Shown here: piece after piece, positions 16,600 through 27,015 of the stretch | Position numbering within the stretch: the stretch's first letter is position 1 | How the letters are laid out: each line of letters opens with the position of its first letter | DNA from: a virus | Taxonomy: Duplodnaviria > Caudoviricetes | IMG/VR virus record: IMGVR_UViG_3300020045_002955 | Coordinates: 1-35,166 of that record | DNA: 35,166 nt | Direction: 5' to 3' (one strand) | The notes under the pieces: generated by a model | What the model was told of the DNA's origin: nothing | What the model saw: only the letters and a program-made list of their open reading frames with translations | The model's database searches: none | Position numbers and translations under genes: made by a program

Positions 16600-19500
16600 C
16601 TACAGCACCAGGCAATACCCGGGAACCTCATAAGCCTCACGGTTTCTTTCCCATGCAATACGGGATGCGGCTTGTGTCGCTGTCACACTTTCTGGCGGCA
16701 AACCGCCTGCTGAGAATGAGGCCAGATTTAGCGTGGCGTTGTAGAATATCTGGGCGTAATCATATAGCCTACCGGGCGAACTAATATTGGTCCATGGAGC
16801 AAGCCCTGAAATAGTCTTAGATGTGGCGGTACGTTGGTTATACCACTGTACACCGGTAAGCGTTGCGGAGCCGCCTGCGTAATAGCAAGTTATGGTTACA
16901 TCTCGCCGGACATTATAATCCCCATCGTCTCCCACAGCCTCATACGGTGTACCCGTCGCAATGTGTGCCTGGAAAAGGTGCAATTCCAGCGATGCGCCAG
17001 ATACCGTAAATGTTGTGTCAATGTCGGGGCCGGAAAACGTGCTACCCTGATTGATAAAAAGACGGATTGTAACATCTGATCCTGAAGTGGTCGCAGAAAC
17101 GCCAAGCGTGTCGGGATCGTCCTCAGTATAAAATACACTGTTACGTGTCCATTTCCATGGCTTGCTGCTACCCCTGATAAGAGTGCCGGATATCGTATCC
17201 CCAGCAGTCCCGATGTTATGCCCCATAATTAAGGCTTCAAGGTGATGGTCTCCCCAGGCGTCTGTTTGATCTGCCAATCTAGCCGCTGCAGGGATAATAC
17301 AAAACGGAAGCCCCGAACCTGAGCTGGCACTTATGGCGCCCATCTTGTCCAATGTACCATTGCAAAATGTCGCATCAGTGACGGTCTCTGTAAATATATC
17401 TGTTGTGACTTGAGATGAGCTTGGCGAGCTTGTATCCCATATCGTAAGATCGGTGGGGGATGAGATATAGTTGATATAGGCGATGTGCTTGCCATCCGTA
17501 CCCTCGTTGATACTAAACGGCCATGGCAGGGTAGCCGCATCGCCTGATGTGCGATAGGCTCTCCCCCATGTTTTATTGCGCTCCATCTCCAAGGTACCCA
17601 TTTCCTCGAGGTAGTCAATATAGGCACTACAGCTGTATGGAAGGCAGGCAGGATCTGTATTCACCGTGACAACAGGGGTATACCCTTCAAGGTATAGGGC
17701 GCCGCCGTCCGTGTAATCCGTGTCGGGGTATTGCCGATCACGGTAAATGGTCCCTGTGATTTGAAAACGGCCATATGTCACCATGTGGCTTGATTCAACC
17801 CATACCGGTGCATCGATTCCCCTGTAAGTGCTCAACACCTGCACGGTATCCCCTGGCTGGCAGACGACTTCCTCGTCGGTGGATACCAGTGAAATGCGGA
17901 CTTTCTTGTCCTCCCGCTGTAACTTGGCAATGGCCTTATTGCTCGCCTCCTCGATGCGATTTACGCCCGGCAACTCAAGCGTGGTCAGGACAATAGGATC
18001 GCCCGCTTCTGCGGCCTCATTCATCACCCCGAAGGTGGTCTGTTTCCAGGCGCCAGTTGTATCATCGGGGATAGTGTATTTGGCCAGGACAGCGTTGGGT
18101 TTATCGCCCTCCGGCATCCCGGTCACAGATAACGTACTCGGCAGCCACTGGTCAATCAACCGATGTGTGCGCCGCACCGAGAGATTGGCCCAGGTGCCGT
18201 TAAATCCGGCCTCCTCGAGAACCTCTATGGTGTTCGATGTGCCGGAAACCGTGATCGTTCCACCATGCGTCCCGACAGCGGTTTGAGTCGCAATAACCTC
18301 AGTACCACCCAGGTTGACGGATAAGCCCGTAATCGGGCTTGTGGTGGCTGCTGTGGTGATTTCTATCGATACCGAGTAGGACACACCGTCCTCGGTGGTA
18401 ATCGCCGGCAGCGGCGATCCAAACACCTCTGGCGAGGCCGCAGAATATAACTCGCGCCCAGACCCGTTGGTGCCGTCCTTAATTTTGTCGGGGATAATCT
18501 TTAAATCCGCCCCCTCGGGGAACCAGAGACAGTTGGCATACATGGCAAGCTGGTCCAGCCACGACTCAACCAGTCTCGGTTCTGATATTGAAATCCCGAT
18601 CCTGCAGCGTGGTGCGCCGGAATCCATGGCACTGTCGCCATACTCCATGGCTGTCTGCACACCGGTGGTCGTGGCCGCAAGTCCAATGACGGGGTCTTTC
18701 GCCAGATCATTCCACGCCAGGGCGGGTTTTTCAGAATATATTTTCCCTGCGGTATAGGTGCCAGAATCTGAAAATGGATCATTGGTAATCGGATGAGGTG
18801 ACCCGTACCGATAAGCCCCCACCGTTAACCGGGCGCTGCGAATCACCCCGCTCCACTCCTGCGCACCACCACAAGCACCCAGCTCCCAGTTTGAACTGGA
18901 ATTATAAATCGCGGCAGTTGTAACCACCCCCAGCTGCGTTGCCCCGTCAAGATAAGTGGATATCTGGTTATCGACCCTCTCCACCACCAGCCGGAAAATG
19001 GAGCTTGGAGAACCGACAACCGTGCCGCAGGACAATCCATTGGCGATATCCCAGGTCGAACCGTCAGAGCTGAGATAAAGCAATAATTCATTACCCAGCA
19101 AGTCAACGCGCAGGGATCGCCGTAATGGCGAGGATGTGGCGCCGTGGCATATTAACGTTTCGGGTGTGCCAGGGGAGGCGGGGAGGGTATTGGTGGCCGC
19201 CTCTATCTCAAGGGTGAATGGTAGACTTCCCAGCTCAAGCGTGGCGCTGTCGGCTATCGTGGCGTAATCCCCGGTACCATCCAGCTGCAGGCCGATGGAG
19301 GGCGAAGCGATTGCGGCACCACCGTTCAATGTCAGGGTGTGGGCATTGGGACTTGAATCAGTGAGACCGGTGAGAAAATTAAAGCTGAAACCCACATAAT
19401 CATCAAACGGGGTCAGTGCGGTAGAGGTGGGATCTTCAACGATCCGGCCATTGATGATCGCCCTGAACCTCGGGGCGCCCGATATGGCCGAAGCGGGTAT

Positions 19501-20469
19501 ATTGAATACGGAATAGCAAATCCCGACATCACCCGCCGGGGCGTGGAGGATCATGTCATCGGAAAACACCGGGGATGTATTGGTGTAAAGCTGCAGGGCA
19601 GGACTGACGGTTTGCGTAGTCGTCCCCCGATAGTGCTTTGCCCGTACCGTTGATGGAACTTCGGCATCGTTGATAAACACTTTCTCAACCGAAAACACTT
19701 CACCGAGACACCAGGCGACCCCGATGAACTTGTCGCCCGAATACTCCCCGTCAGCAAAAATATACCCAGGAACAGACGCCCGCCCGTAGACGATAGGAAT
19801 GTGGACACCCTCTGCCGTCAGGAGTTTGTAGCCGGTTTGCTCTACGGGCGCGAGGGAGTTGACCTGTGATGTCGAGGGTCGCCCGGTTACCTGTGGGTTA
19901 ACGCCAGGTCTTACCAGTCGCTGAATGGCGGCAACGGTTTTCAGCCACTGCTCATAGGAATAATTTTCGCCCTCCCAGGTTGAAACAGAACCCACCGCAG
20001 GAATAATCCCGGTAACGTCATTAAACGTGAAACGCGGGACAAGGGCGCCGGTGTAATATTTGCACTTTGCCGTGACAGTGATAGTTTCGCCGCTGAATGT
20101 GGATGCTTCTATCAGACCGTCCAACATCAACAGGCCATCTGCCGACGAATAAAGCGGCGTATCACCGGGGGCTGCCAGTATTGCGGTGATCTTGCAAATA
20201 CCCCCGCGCCAGGTGTTTCCGAGAATTTCCGTTATTCTGTCAGCAGTGGCCGGAAGTACGATGGTCGCAGTTTTGCTGTCCTCGATGCCAGCGATTGTCA
20301 GCCCGCCAGCGGTATAGGTCTGGACGGGAGATCCACTTCCATACTGGACAGTGCCGGAACATGACAGATATTCAGTGGTGCCGGAATGCTGCCACTCAAC
20401 CAGGTAAATTGGCCTGGTCGCGCCCGCCTCAACATTCGTTTGCTGGGTACTAGTAAGCTCGCGGGCCAT
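16600..20469 (-). CDS. tail tip/hub protein with inserted LamG (ConA-like) domain
   Basis: IPIVYGRASVPG tail-tip motif; LQLDGTGDY...PFTLE..., TYLDG, WSGVIRSARLTVG LamG-like motifs; follows TMP and Dit-like gene. Confidence 0.8.
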   Translation of the reverse strand: MARELTSTQQTNVEAGATRPIYLVEWQHSGTTEYLSCSGTVQYGSGSPVQTYTAGGLTIAGIEDSKTATIVLPATADRITEILGNTWRGGICKITAILAAPGDTPLYSSADGLLMLDGLIEASTFSGETITVTAKCKYYTGALVPRFTFNDVTGIIPAVGSVSTWEGENYSYEQWLKTVAAIQRLVRPGVNPQVTGRPSTSQVNSLAPVEQTGYKLLTAEGVHIPIVYGRASVPGYIFADGEYSGDKFIGVAWCLGEVFSVEKVFINDAEVPSTVRAKHYRGTTTQTVSPALQLYTNTSPVFSDDMILHAPAGDVGICYSVFNIPASAISGAPRFRAIINGRIVEDPTSTALTPFDDYVGFSFNFLTGLTDSSPNAHTLTLNGGAAIASPSIGLQLDGTGDYATIADSATLELGSLPFTLEIEAATNTLPASPGTPETLICHGATSSPLRRSLRVDLLGNELLLYLSSDGSTWDIANGLSCGTVVGSPSSIFRLVVERVDNQISTYLDGATQLGVVTTAAIYNSSSNWELGACGGAQEWSGVIRSARLTVGAYRYGSPHPITNDPFSDSGTYTAGKIYSEKPALAWNDLAKDPVIGLAATTTGVQTAMEYGDSAMDSGAPRCRIGISISEPRLVESWLDQLAMYANCLWFPEGADLKIIPDKIKDGTNGSGRELYSAASPEVFGSPLPAITTEDGVSYSVSIEITTAATTSPITGLSVNLGGTEVIATQTAVGTHGGTITVSGTSNTIEVLEEAGFNGTWANLSVRRTHRLIDQWLPSTLSVTGMPEGDKPNAVLAKYTIPDDTTGAWKQTTFGVMNEAAEAGDPIVLTTLELPGVNRIEEASNKAIAKLQREDKKVRISLVSTDEEVVCQPGDTVQVLSTYRGIDAPVWVESSHMVTYGRFQITGTIYRDRQYPDTDYTDGGALYLEGYTPVVTVNTDPACLPYSCSAYIDYLEEMGTLEMERNKTWGRAYRTSGDAATLPWPFSINEGTDGKHIAYINYISSPTDLTIWDTSSPSSSQVTTDIFTETVTDATFCNGTLDKMGAISASSGSGLPFCIIPAAARLADQTDAWGDHHLEALIMGHNIGTAGDTISGTLIRGSSKPWKWTRNSVFYTEDDPDTLGVSATTSGSDVTIRLFINQGSTFSGPDIDTTFTVSGASLELHLFQAHIATGTPYEAVGDDGDYNVRRDVTITCYYAGGSATLTGVQWYNQRTATSKTISGLAPWTNISSPGRLYDYAQIFYNATLNLASFSAGGLPPESVTATQAASRIAWERNREAYEVPGYCLVL

Positions 20470-20834
20470 TAAACCACCTTGCCGCGAAAATCAAACGTAA
20501 CGGTGTAGAGTCCGTCCTGCATCTGGTATCTGGGATCTGACCACAGATATCCCCGATATATCTTGGCAACAACTGTCGGGGATGAGGCGGAGGGTGTGTC
20601 TATCGTCATGTCAAACTCTGTTGCCCGGTTGGCACGAAGGTACGCCTGGAATGTGATTTTGGTATCAATGCTGATGGGGTTGAAAACGCACCGGATAACG
20701 GCATAGTTTGACGCACCCAGCTGCCGGATGCGCATTTCGCCATCGTCGAGAATATCCCGCGATATAACAGAATCATCCTCCATGACGGAGGACTCTCTAA
20801 GTGGATAGGTAGTGAGGGGAAACGTAGTAGCCAT
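20469..20834 (-). CDS. distal tail protein-like (lambda gpM position)
   Basis: 121 aa, coupled directly after TMP. Confidence 0.65.
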   Translation of the reverse strand: MATTFPLTTYPLRESSVMEDDSVISRDILDDGEMRIRQLGASNYAVIRCVFNPISIDTKITFQAYLRANRATEFDMTIDTPSASSPTVVAKIYRGYLWSDPRYQMQDGLYTVTFDFRGKVV

Positions 20835-23800
20835 TATGCAACCACCTGATTATATTGCCCGCCGTTACCGATGAAATTCTGCACCGCAAGATACATCAGC
20901 TGGGCCGCGCTCATCATGGTGTCTGCGGGTGCCTGGAATCCTGAAGCCGCCATCTCGAGCACCGCGCCGAGCTGGGCATTCATATCGGCCTGCGTAGTGG
21001 CGAGAGAGCTGGTAGCGTTTTCAATCGCAGTAGCGGTTTTTGCCCCGATATTATTTGCCATGTCGATAAACGTCTGGACATTGGCTCTTTGCAAATCATC
21101 CGGCCCGGCATCGAAAATGGATTTGTTTAAATCCAGCGCCATATCCCTCGCCGCCAGTATCTGGTTTGGATCTGTCAGAAGGGGCAGAATGGCATCAATA
21201 AACCGCAGCTGCCCTTCCATGTACTGCAGGTTTTCATCAGGAGTGCGTGTTTGGGCGCCGAAGTAATCCACCTGTTCAGCCACTACAGAACGTGTTGATT
21301 CGCCTATTGATTGCAGGGCGGTTGCCATGTCATAGGCCAGCTGGGCATTAATGGATAATGCCTCATTAAGTGTTTTTGCCGCCTCAGCAGAACCGTCGAA
21401 ATTGTAGGACAGGTCGAGTATGGCTTTAATCTGCCCGTCATACGTTTGGCGAAGCGTGCGTCCGTTAATCTCCTGGTTCTTTGCGAAGTCGTCTATGGCT
21501 TTTGAAACAGGATTGTTTTGCAGTATGTTGTCGATAGACACCATGGATTCTGCAAACTGGATCAGCTCATCGGATGATCCATCAAAGCCTTTTATCAGGT
21601 TTTTCAGCGTCCGCGATAGAGTCGAAGAACCGTCCACAATCGCCCGAATGGTAGCGGCTATAAAATCTTCCTGGTTTTTGTAACTCTGGCCATTAAGTGA
21701 TAGTCCGCTATTATCCCCTGAGCGGATATTCAATACAGCATTGGACCCGCCTAAAGCATCAGAGATTTCCTGAATGATCGGCACCAGCTCATTCAGGGCG
21801 TCTACGTTTTCCTGATTGAATGATTTTCCAACCCCCCATACCTCGGATGATCCCGTCGCGAGATTCAGCGTACCCCTGGCGCTGTTGTTGCCGTTGTTGC
21901 TCCCGCCAAAAAGGGATTCGACGAAGCCACCACCGAACGTGCCCAGCGCAGCGCCAAGAGCGATTCCAAACGGGCCGAGAGCTGCACCGTATGTAGCGCC
22001 CAGCGCTGCACCGCCAAAACCGCCAGCAGCCTGCCCAAGTCCTGAAGTCTGACCGTATACCTGGTTACCCAGATACCCACCCACCAACCCGCCACCCAAT
22101 GCCGCCCCGGCATTCATATAGTTAAATGAACCAGGTAGAGCGGCACCGCCATCACCAGGTACTGCAGTGCCCAGCGTAGTGTTGGTATAGGGGCGGGTGA
22201 AGAAAGATGACGCGCCTGACGGTAACAGGCTGGACGCACCGCCCAGAATACTGGAGCCGCCAGCACTCGCGGCACCCGACGCCCCACCCAAACCCAATGC
22301 CGCGCCGATTTGCATGACAATGGGGCGGGTGATGGCGATGTGCAACAGCTCGCCAATCAGGTTTTGAAAGCTGGTCTTGATACCGTCTGCGAAGTCCTGA
22401 AAGCTATCAAATGCCCCCTTCCACGCCCCGGCGAATGCCTCATCGATGCGTTCAATTGTTCCCTGCAGGGCGTCCTGAAATGGCTTCTGTGCGTTTGCTG
22501 CAGCCTCGGTTGCGGCCTGTGCCTCGTACAGTTGGCCAGTGAGCCGGGTAATGGCTGCCCTTTGCTCGTCCGTTGCCGTGGCGCCATGCTCGCGTTGAGC
22601 GGTAAGAATGGCCTGCTCTTTGGCGGTTTTGCCGACCAGGCTCAACTCAAACTCAAGCCCGGCGATATACTGGTCGGTGGCCTTGACCATGTCGTCCAGT
22701 GCTTCGACGCCCTCGGTAATGGCCTTGTTGGCTTTTTCGTGGCGGGCCTTGATCTTGTCGGTTTCCTTGTTTATCGACGCCAGTTCTTTTACATACTTCG
22801 ATGCGCCTTTGGAGGTTGTTTCGGTTGCCTTGGCCAGTTGCACGGTTGGCTTTACGGCGGCTTCGGTGGACTTGGCGACTTTCGCGACATTAACGGCAAG
22901 ATCAGATGTTGCCGGGTTGGCCTGCTCTATCTTCTGGTACAGATCGGCAAGCTCGGAATTCCATTCGGCCAGCTTATTGTCACCGACCAGGCTGCCAAAC
23001 CTCTTGATCTTGTCGGCCAGGGCGTCGTATTCGGCTGTAAGCCCAGCAAGGTCATCCGCAGCGGCACCACCAATCTGGCGGGCCATTTCCTCGCTGACAA
23101 ACTTGGTGAATTGAACCAGTCCTGAAAGGGCGGAAGCGGACGCCGCAACCACATCAAGCAGCGCCTGCGAAAGCGCAACGATGGATGCCTGGAAATTGGG
23201 GTCGGATATAACAGAGCGTAATTCTTCCACGCTGTTAATGAGAGGGGATGCGTCAACCGAACCGAGAGCATTGTCTATATCGTTGCTCATGGTTTGCCAG
23301 ACGCGGCCTATGGTCATAGGCATGGTCTGGAATTCGTCGTTAATGGTGTCGGCAGTCTGCATCAAGGCAGTTGTGACTTTCTCTGCCGTCAGCTCGCCCT
23401 CTTTACCCATGGCCCGAAGCTGGCCAATCGTTACGCCAAGCCCGTCAGCCAGCGCCCTTGCAAGTCGTGGGCTGTTTTCCATGACGGAATTCAGCTCCTC
23501 ACCACGCAATACACCTGACGCCATACCCTGGGAAAGCTGGAGAATCGCCGCGCTGGCCTCAGTTGCCGACGCACCAGAAACTACGAAGGATTGGTTTATG
23601 GCTTTCGTTATTGTAAACAGCTCGTCCTGGGACAGCCCCAGCTCCTCGGTGGATCGGGCAAGACGGGCGTATAGGTTAACGGTGGACTCGGTAGCCTGGC
23701 CGGTTTCATTGGCCAGCTTCAACGCCCGAGCATAAACCGCGTTCAGTTCCTCCTGTGAGTTGGTCACAAGCCCCAGCTGCCCACGCAGGCCGGCCATTTT

Positions 23801-24037
23801 ATCGGACGCCTGGATAATCTCGCGCATGGCAAGACCGATACCAATACCCGATATTGCGGCGCCCAGCCCGCTAAACTGGCGTTTCAGGCTCTCAAACGAC
23901 TTGTCGATCTTGGCCATCGTCTGCGATATGCCGCTCTGGGTCGCTTTGACAGCCTGGTCGGCCTTTGCCAACTCCCTCCGTAATTGCTCGGTGGTAGCAT
24001 CAATGCGGACCAGTAATCGCTCTGTGGAGTCAGCCAT
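20834..24037 (-). CDS. tape measure protein
   Basis: QLSQGMASGVLRGEELNSVMENSPRLA tape-measure motif; Ala/Gly-rich, 1067 aa. Confidence 0.95.
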   Translation of the reverse strand: MADSTERLLVRIDATTEQLRRELAKADQAVKATQSGISQTMAKIDKSFESLKRQFSGLGAAISGIGIGLAMREIIQASDKMAGLRGQLGLVTNSQEELNAVYARALKLANETGQATESTVNLYARLARSTEELGLSQDELFTITKAINQSFVVSGASATEASAAILQLSQGMASGVLRGEELNSVMENSPRLARALADGLGVTIGQLRAMGKEGELTAEKVTTALMQTADTINDEFQTMPMTIGRVWQTMSNDIDNALGSVDASPLINSVEELRSVISDPNFQASIVALSQALLDVVAASASALSGLVQFTKFVSEEMARQIGGAAADDLAGLTAEYDALADKIKRFGSLVGDNKLAEWNSELADLYQKIEQANPATSDLAVNVAKVAKSTEAAVKPTVQLAKATETTSKGASKYVKELASINKETDKIKARHEKANKAITEGVEALDDMVKATDQYIAGLEFELSLVGKTAKEQAILTAQREHGATATDEQRAAITRLTGQLYEAQAATEAAANAQKPFQDALQGTIERIDEAFAGAWKGAFDSFQDFADGIKTSFQNLIGELLHIAITRPIVMQIGAALGLGGASGAASAGGSSILGGASSLLPSGASSFFTRPYTNTTLGTAVPGDGGAALPGSFNYMNAGAALGGGLVGGYLGNQVYGQTSGLGQAAGGFGGAALGATYGAALGPFGIALGAALGTFGGGFVESLFGGSNNGNNSARGTLNLATGSSEVWGVGKSFNQENVDALNELVPIIQEISDALGGSNAVLNIRSGDNSGLSLNGQSYKNQEDFIAATIRAIVDGSSTLSRTLKNLIKGFDGSSDELIQFAESMVSIDNILQNNPVSKAIDDFAKNQEINGRTLRQTYDGQIKAILDLSYNFDGSAEAAKTLNEALSINAQLAYDMATALQSIGESTRSVVAEQVDYFGAQTRTPDENLQYMEGQLRFIDAILPLLTDPNQILAARDMALDLNKSIFDAGPDDLQRANVQTFIDMANNIGAKTATAIENATSSLATTQADMNAQLGAVLEMAASGFQAPADTMMSAAQLMYLAVQNFIGNGGQYNQVVA

Positions 24038-24338
24038 TGGTATCCCTGTTTTTCATAACGTCCTGCTTTGCCTTGGCCCGCATCAAAGCCAGTGCGGTCC
24101 TCTGTGAATTGATAAACGCCTCGCGCTCCGCTGGAGTACGCTGCGGTTTATCGGTTTCCTTCTTTTTCGGTGGCGAGCCGAAGGGGTTGGTCAGACGCGC
24201 ATAATCAAACTTGCCTTCATACGCCAGGATGAGTTGAGGGATCGGGGTAGACATGACCAGATCGGGTGACCAACCAAGCGCCCCCGTCCCTATTTTAAAC
24301 AGCGCATCTACAAAATCATCCGGCGTATCTACTCCCCC
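24030..24338 (-). CDS. tail assembly chaperone GT extension (-1 frame)
   Basis: -1 frame open from slippery site: VDTPDDFVDALFKIGTGALGWSPDLVMSTP... Confidence 0.75.
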   Translation of the reverse strand, partial: GGVDTPDDFVDALFKIGTGALGWSPDLVMSTPIPQLILAYEGKFDYARLTNPFGSPPKKKETDKPQRTPAEREAFINSQRTALALMRAKAKQDVMKNRDTNG

Positions 24339-24661
24339 GAGTCATCAGCCTTCGGGGTGGCATCCCTGCCCGTAGGATTCAGCAGGAGGGAGAGATACTC
24401 GACAACCGGGGCAGTAACAGTCACAACACCGGCCTCGAATATCTCCTGCTCCAAATCCTTCGCATCCCTTTGCCCCACCTTCGCACCAGCGGCAACGATG
24501 TAAGCGCATGCCTCGGTGGATAACCCCCGGCATGCCTCAATCGCCTGCATGATCCCACCCCAGCGGTTCTGTATTTTCTTAAACGCTTCCAGGGTGGGGG
24601 TTAGTGTGTAGTCCTTCCCGTTGATGGAAAGGACCACGGTCCCGTAGTCAACACGTGACAT
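24329..24661 (-). CDS. tail assembly chaperone G
   Basis: Between tail tube and TMP; INGKDYTLTPTLEA. Confidence 0.8.
   Translation of the reverse strand: MSRVDYGTVVLSINGKDYTLTPTLEAFKKIQNRWGGIMQAIEACRGLSTEACAYIVAAGAKVGQRDAKDLEQEIFEAGVVTVTAPVVEYLSLLLNPTGRDATPKADDSGE
24332..24338 (-). other. programmed -1 frameshift site G GGG GAG
   Basis: Immediately before the chaperone stop; canonical G/GT arrangement upstream of TMP. Confidence 0.75.
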
Positions 24662-24671
24662 GGATTACCTC

Positions 24672-25169
24672 TTAGGTAGATGCAACGCGGATGATAGCGG
24701 AGTTGATGCGAACCTCAGCACTGACACGCAGAATGTCATCAGCACCGGGAACACCCTCAACCCAGGTACCGACCTGGCCGGAGAAATACCGGGTGGTATT
24801 GTCGCCCAGCGGAGAGCCGGTTGACGCGTCGTTAAACGTCACCTTAAAACGGTAGTTGTCGTCTGTGGTGTTTTGGGACGCCAGCTGCATCAGGTACTGC
24901 CCGGTGGTGGGAGACCCATCCGCAGCGGAGTTGAAAGCCATTACCACATTGAGCGTACCGGCATCGCTCGAACCCTTCAGTTTCTGGACCCTCGCATCAC
25001 CCAGACCCGTGAAGGTTACCGCTGCAGTCGAGTCACCGAACTCACCGATGGACTCGGTTTGCTCGACCTCGACATAGGTCAGCGCCTCATAGGCCGCCTG
25101 GTTTGCCGGCACCGTCCCGTAGGCGGTGGCGATGTAAATCTTACTACCTGCACCTGTTTGAATAGGCAT
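24672..25169 (-). CDS. major tail tube protein
   Basis: ESIGEFGD...VTFT.L.D.RVQKLKGSSDAG motif; AAAGGAG RBS. Confidence 0.85.
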   Translation of the reverse strand: MPIQTGAGSKIYIATAYGTVPANQAAYEALTYVEVEQTESIGEFGDSTAAVTFTGLGDARVQKLKGSSDAGTLNVVMAFNSAADGSPTTGQYLMQLASQNTTDDNYRFKVTFNDASTGSPLGDNTTRYFSGQVGTWVEGVPGADDILRVSAEVRINSAIIRVAST

Positions 25170-25189
25170 GATGTTGCTCCTTTGTGAAT

Positions 25190-25212
25190 AAAAAAAGGGG
25201 CCGAAGCCCCTT
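25190..25212 (-). terminator. intrinsic terminator-like hairpin upstream of tail tube gene
   Basis: AAGGGGC-TTCG-GCCCCTT plus T-run (cUUCGg tetraloop). Confidence 0.75.
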
Positions 25213-25228
25213 GTGGTTTACCGCACTG

Positions 25229-25615
25229 TTAATGCGTGGTTAGTACACGAAGCGTGATATGCCCCATGAAGGTTAAATTATCCGGCTCCCGGTTGGTGTG
25301 AGTCCTTTCGACTCGCACCGAAACCATGTAGCCGGAGTCCAGTGTAATCACTGATTCGTTGATGGCGTCTATCTGGTCGATAATGCTTTTCACCTGGTAA
25401 ACACCGTAGTCCCGCGACCAGATCGAAAGGTACACAAAGCGCCTTTCCATACGGACGTTGAGCAAGTCCTCGTTGGAGCTGATATCCGAGTCTATGACGA
25501 CATAGGGATAAGTAGCGCCCTCCAGAGGTACGTTGTCGTATATCTCACAGTCGCACAGGGATTCCAGCTTTGAGATCAATCCCTTTAGCAGCGCGTTTTC
25601 CGGCCTAGACATCAT
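25229..25615 (-). CDS. tail completion/terminator protein (DUF3168-like)
   Basis: IYDNVP....YPYVVI, LSIWSR motifs; position. Confidence 0.8.
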   Translation of the reverse strand: MMSRPENALLKGLISKLESLCDCEIYDNVPLEGATYPYVVIDSDISSNEDLLNVRMERRFVYLSIWSRDYGVYQVKSIIDQIDAINESVITLDSGYMVSVRVERTHTNREPDNLTFMGHITLRVLTTH

Positions 25616-26108
25616 TCGTACTCGCCACGGCAATACTCAATGCCCGGTTTACCGCCTTTTGTATCTGGGCCGACATTGCCCCCTTGTTGGCATCGTAGGC
25701 CGGCTGCATGAAAGGTCGCGGGGTTTTCGGCGGGACGTTGTTTGCCGGGTCGCCCTTGGTCCCAAACTCTGCCCAGTAGCCCTTGAAGAACTGCCATGCG
25801 CCGTATTTGTCCCGATCCGTCACATAGAGGGTCGTGTTGAAGGGGGATTTGGATATCTTCAGCCGTTTGGCGCCAGGGCCGATAAGAGCTGTTAATCCTT
25901 CGCGCCCCAGTTGAACCTCAATACTTTCTATCAGGTCGCCCGTGTCATAAATGCCCTTGGCGTACGCGATATGGGCTGCAGTATCTGATATATTCTCTGA
26001 CCCGACCTTAACGGCCAGCTTCACACCCGATACGATTTCAGGGTCCAGCCGCCTGAGAGTCTTGCGCAGCTTGTTGGCGCCGGTAAACCCAGACTTACTC
26101 CGCGCCAT
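25605..26108 (-). CDS. HK97 gp10-like neck protein
   Basis: DTGDLIESI, EFGT, PRPFMQPAYD. Confidence 0.85.
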   Translation of the reverse strand: MARSKSGFTGANKLRKTLRRLDPEIVSGVKLAVKVGSENISDTAAHIAYAKGIYDTGDLIESIEVQLGREGLTALIGPGAKRLKISKSPFNTTLYVTDRDKYGAWQFFKGYWAEFGTKGDPANNVPPKTPRPFMQPAYDANKGAMSAQIQKAVNRALSIAVASTNDV

Positions 26109-26422
26109 CAGTTAGCCACTCCCTTTTCCGCTTCGATCATCATATAAACCTCTTTCGGCCCGTTGTCGGCTATAAAGCGGATGTTGTAATCGACCCCATT
26201 CCACACCAGTAACTTGGCGGCGGTAATGGCAGAGCTGTAATGGACGTAAAACCGGTAATTGGCGGTCGGTGTTGTCTGCAGCGAGATATTCCTTTCAGAC
26301 CCTGACATGACCTGCACGGCGGCATATGCCTGGGTCAGTAATGTACGCGTGGTGGCATGCTTCCCGTAAGCGTCCTTGACCTGGGTCAACGTATACAGGG
26401 AAATGACCTCATTCAGCGTCAT
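26108..26422 (-). CDS. head closure (head-tail adaptor) protein
   Basis: KDAYG, AYAAV..MSGSE, WNGVDYNI motifs; position. Confidence 0.8.
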   Translation of the reverse strand: MTLNEVISLYTLTQVKDAYGKHATTRTLLTQAYAAVQVMSGSERNISLQTTPTANYRFYVHYSSAITAAKLLVWNGVDYNIRFIADNGPKEVYMMIEAEKGVAN

Positions 26423-27015
26423 ACGGTGATGCGCCTGTGCATATCAGTAAGAGCCTTAACCGCTGAAACGGTCGGGGTCATGGTATGGCCCGTAATGCTT
26501 TCCCCGGCGTTGTCGAAGTATTCCTTGACCCGTATCAATACCGCATGCCTCAAGTCATCAGGGGTCGCCGGCATCAGCGGCGAGGTGGTGTAGTTGTAAT
26601 ACCCCACATCCATCACGATACGCACGCTGGCGGGTTTCCCATACATGGTGGCCGGCCAGTATTCAACCGGACGGATAAAGGGGTACATCCCCGACAGGGC
26701 CTCCCAGTAATCCGTCCCCAGTACGAGCGTCTGCTCCACGTTGTCGGCATCGTCGTACTTCACCGAGGTTATGGAGTTGACCGGGTAAACGCCAAGGTCC
26801 AAATCCCACTCGGGGAACCCGTCCAGCTCCAGCCTGACGGACTGTGAAGCCAACCTTGCCCCGGTCAGCGTCTCAATGGACCGGGTGGCCTCGTCGATCA
26901 ATCTCAACAACCGGGTGTCGTGGTTGTAATCGGTGCAGAGTATCCGGCACTGGTCTTTTGCTTCATCCAGCGTCACAGGCGGGTCACTTCTCTGCGTCAG
27001 GTCTACCAATGGCAT
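26419..27015 (-). CDS. head-tail connector (gp6/phiE125 gp8-like)
   Basis: PVTLDEAKDQCRI, LDGFP, PDDLRHAVLIRVKEYFDN. Confidence 0.85.
   Translation of the reverse strand: MPLVDLTQRSDPPVTLDEAKDQCRILCTDYNHDTRLLRLIDEATRSIETLTGARLASQSVRLELDGFPEWDLDLGVYPVNSITSVKYDDADNVEQTLVLGTDYWEALSGMYPFIRPVEYWPATMYGKPASVRIVMDVGYYNYTTSPLMPATPDDLRHAVLIRVKEYFDNAGESITGHTMTPTVSAVKALTDMHRRITV

Noticed and set aside
15991-16600. attP site
   Set aside because: No non-coding gap, tRNA-end copy or arm-type repeats visible near the recombinase
16600-17700. Diversity-generating retroelement target in the tail-tip C-terminus
   Set aside because: No reverse transcriptase gene and no TR/VR repeat pair seen
19993-20013. Gapped (NNx) self-match of array unit A (ac gg tt at cc gc gt) to tail-tip codons ACC GGG ATT ATT CCT GCG GTG, 13/14 nt
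   Set aside because: Rough estimate gives about 0.5 such hits by chance over all units and both strands, and the upstream dinucleotides mismatch; worth rechecking only against related phages
20871-24107. Long plus-strand ORFs opposite the TMP (likewise opposite capsid and 632-aa genes)
   Set aside because: Antisense shadows of well-supported genes, with no motifs or RBS
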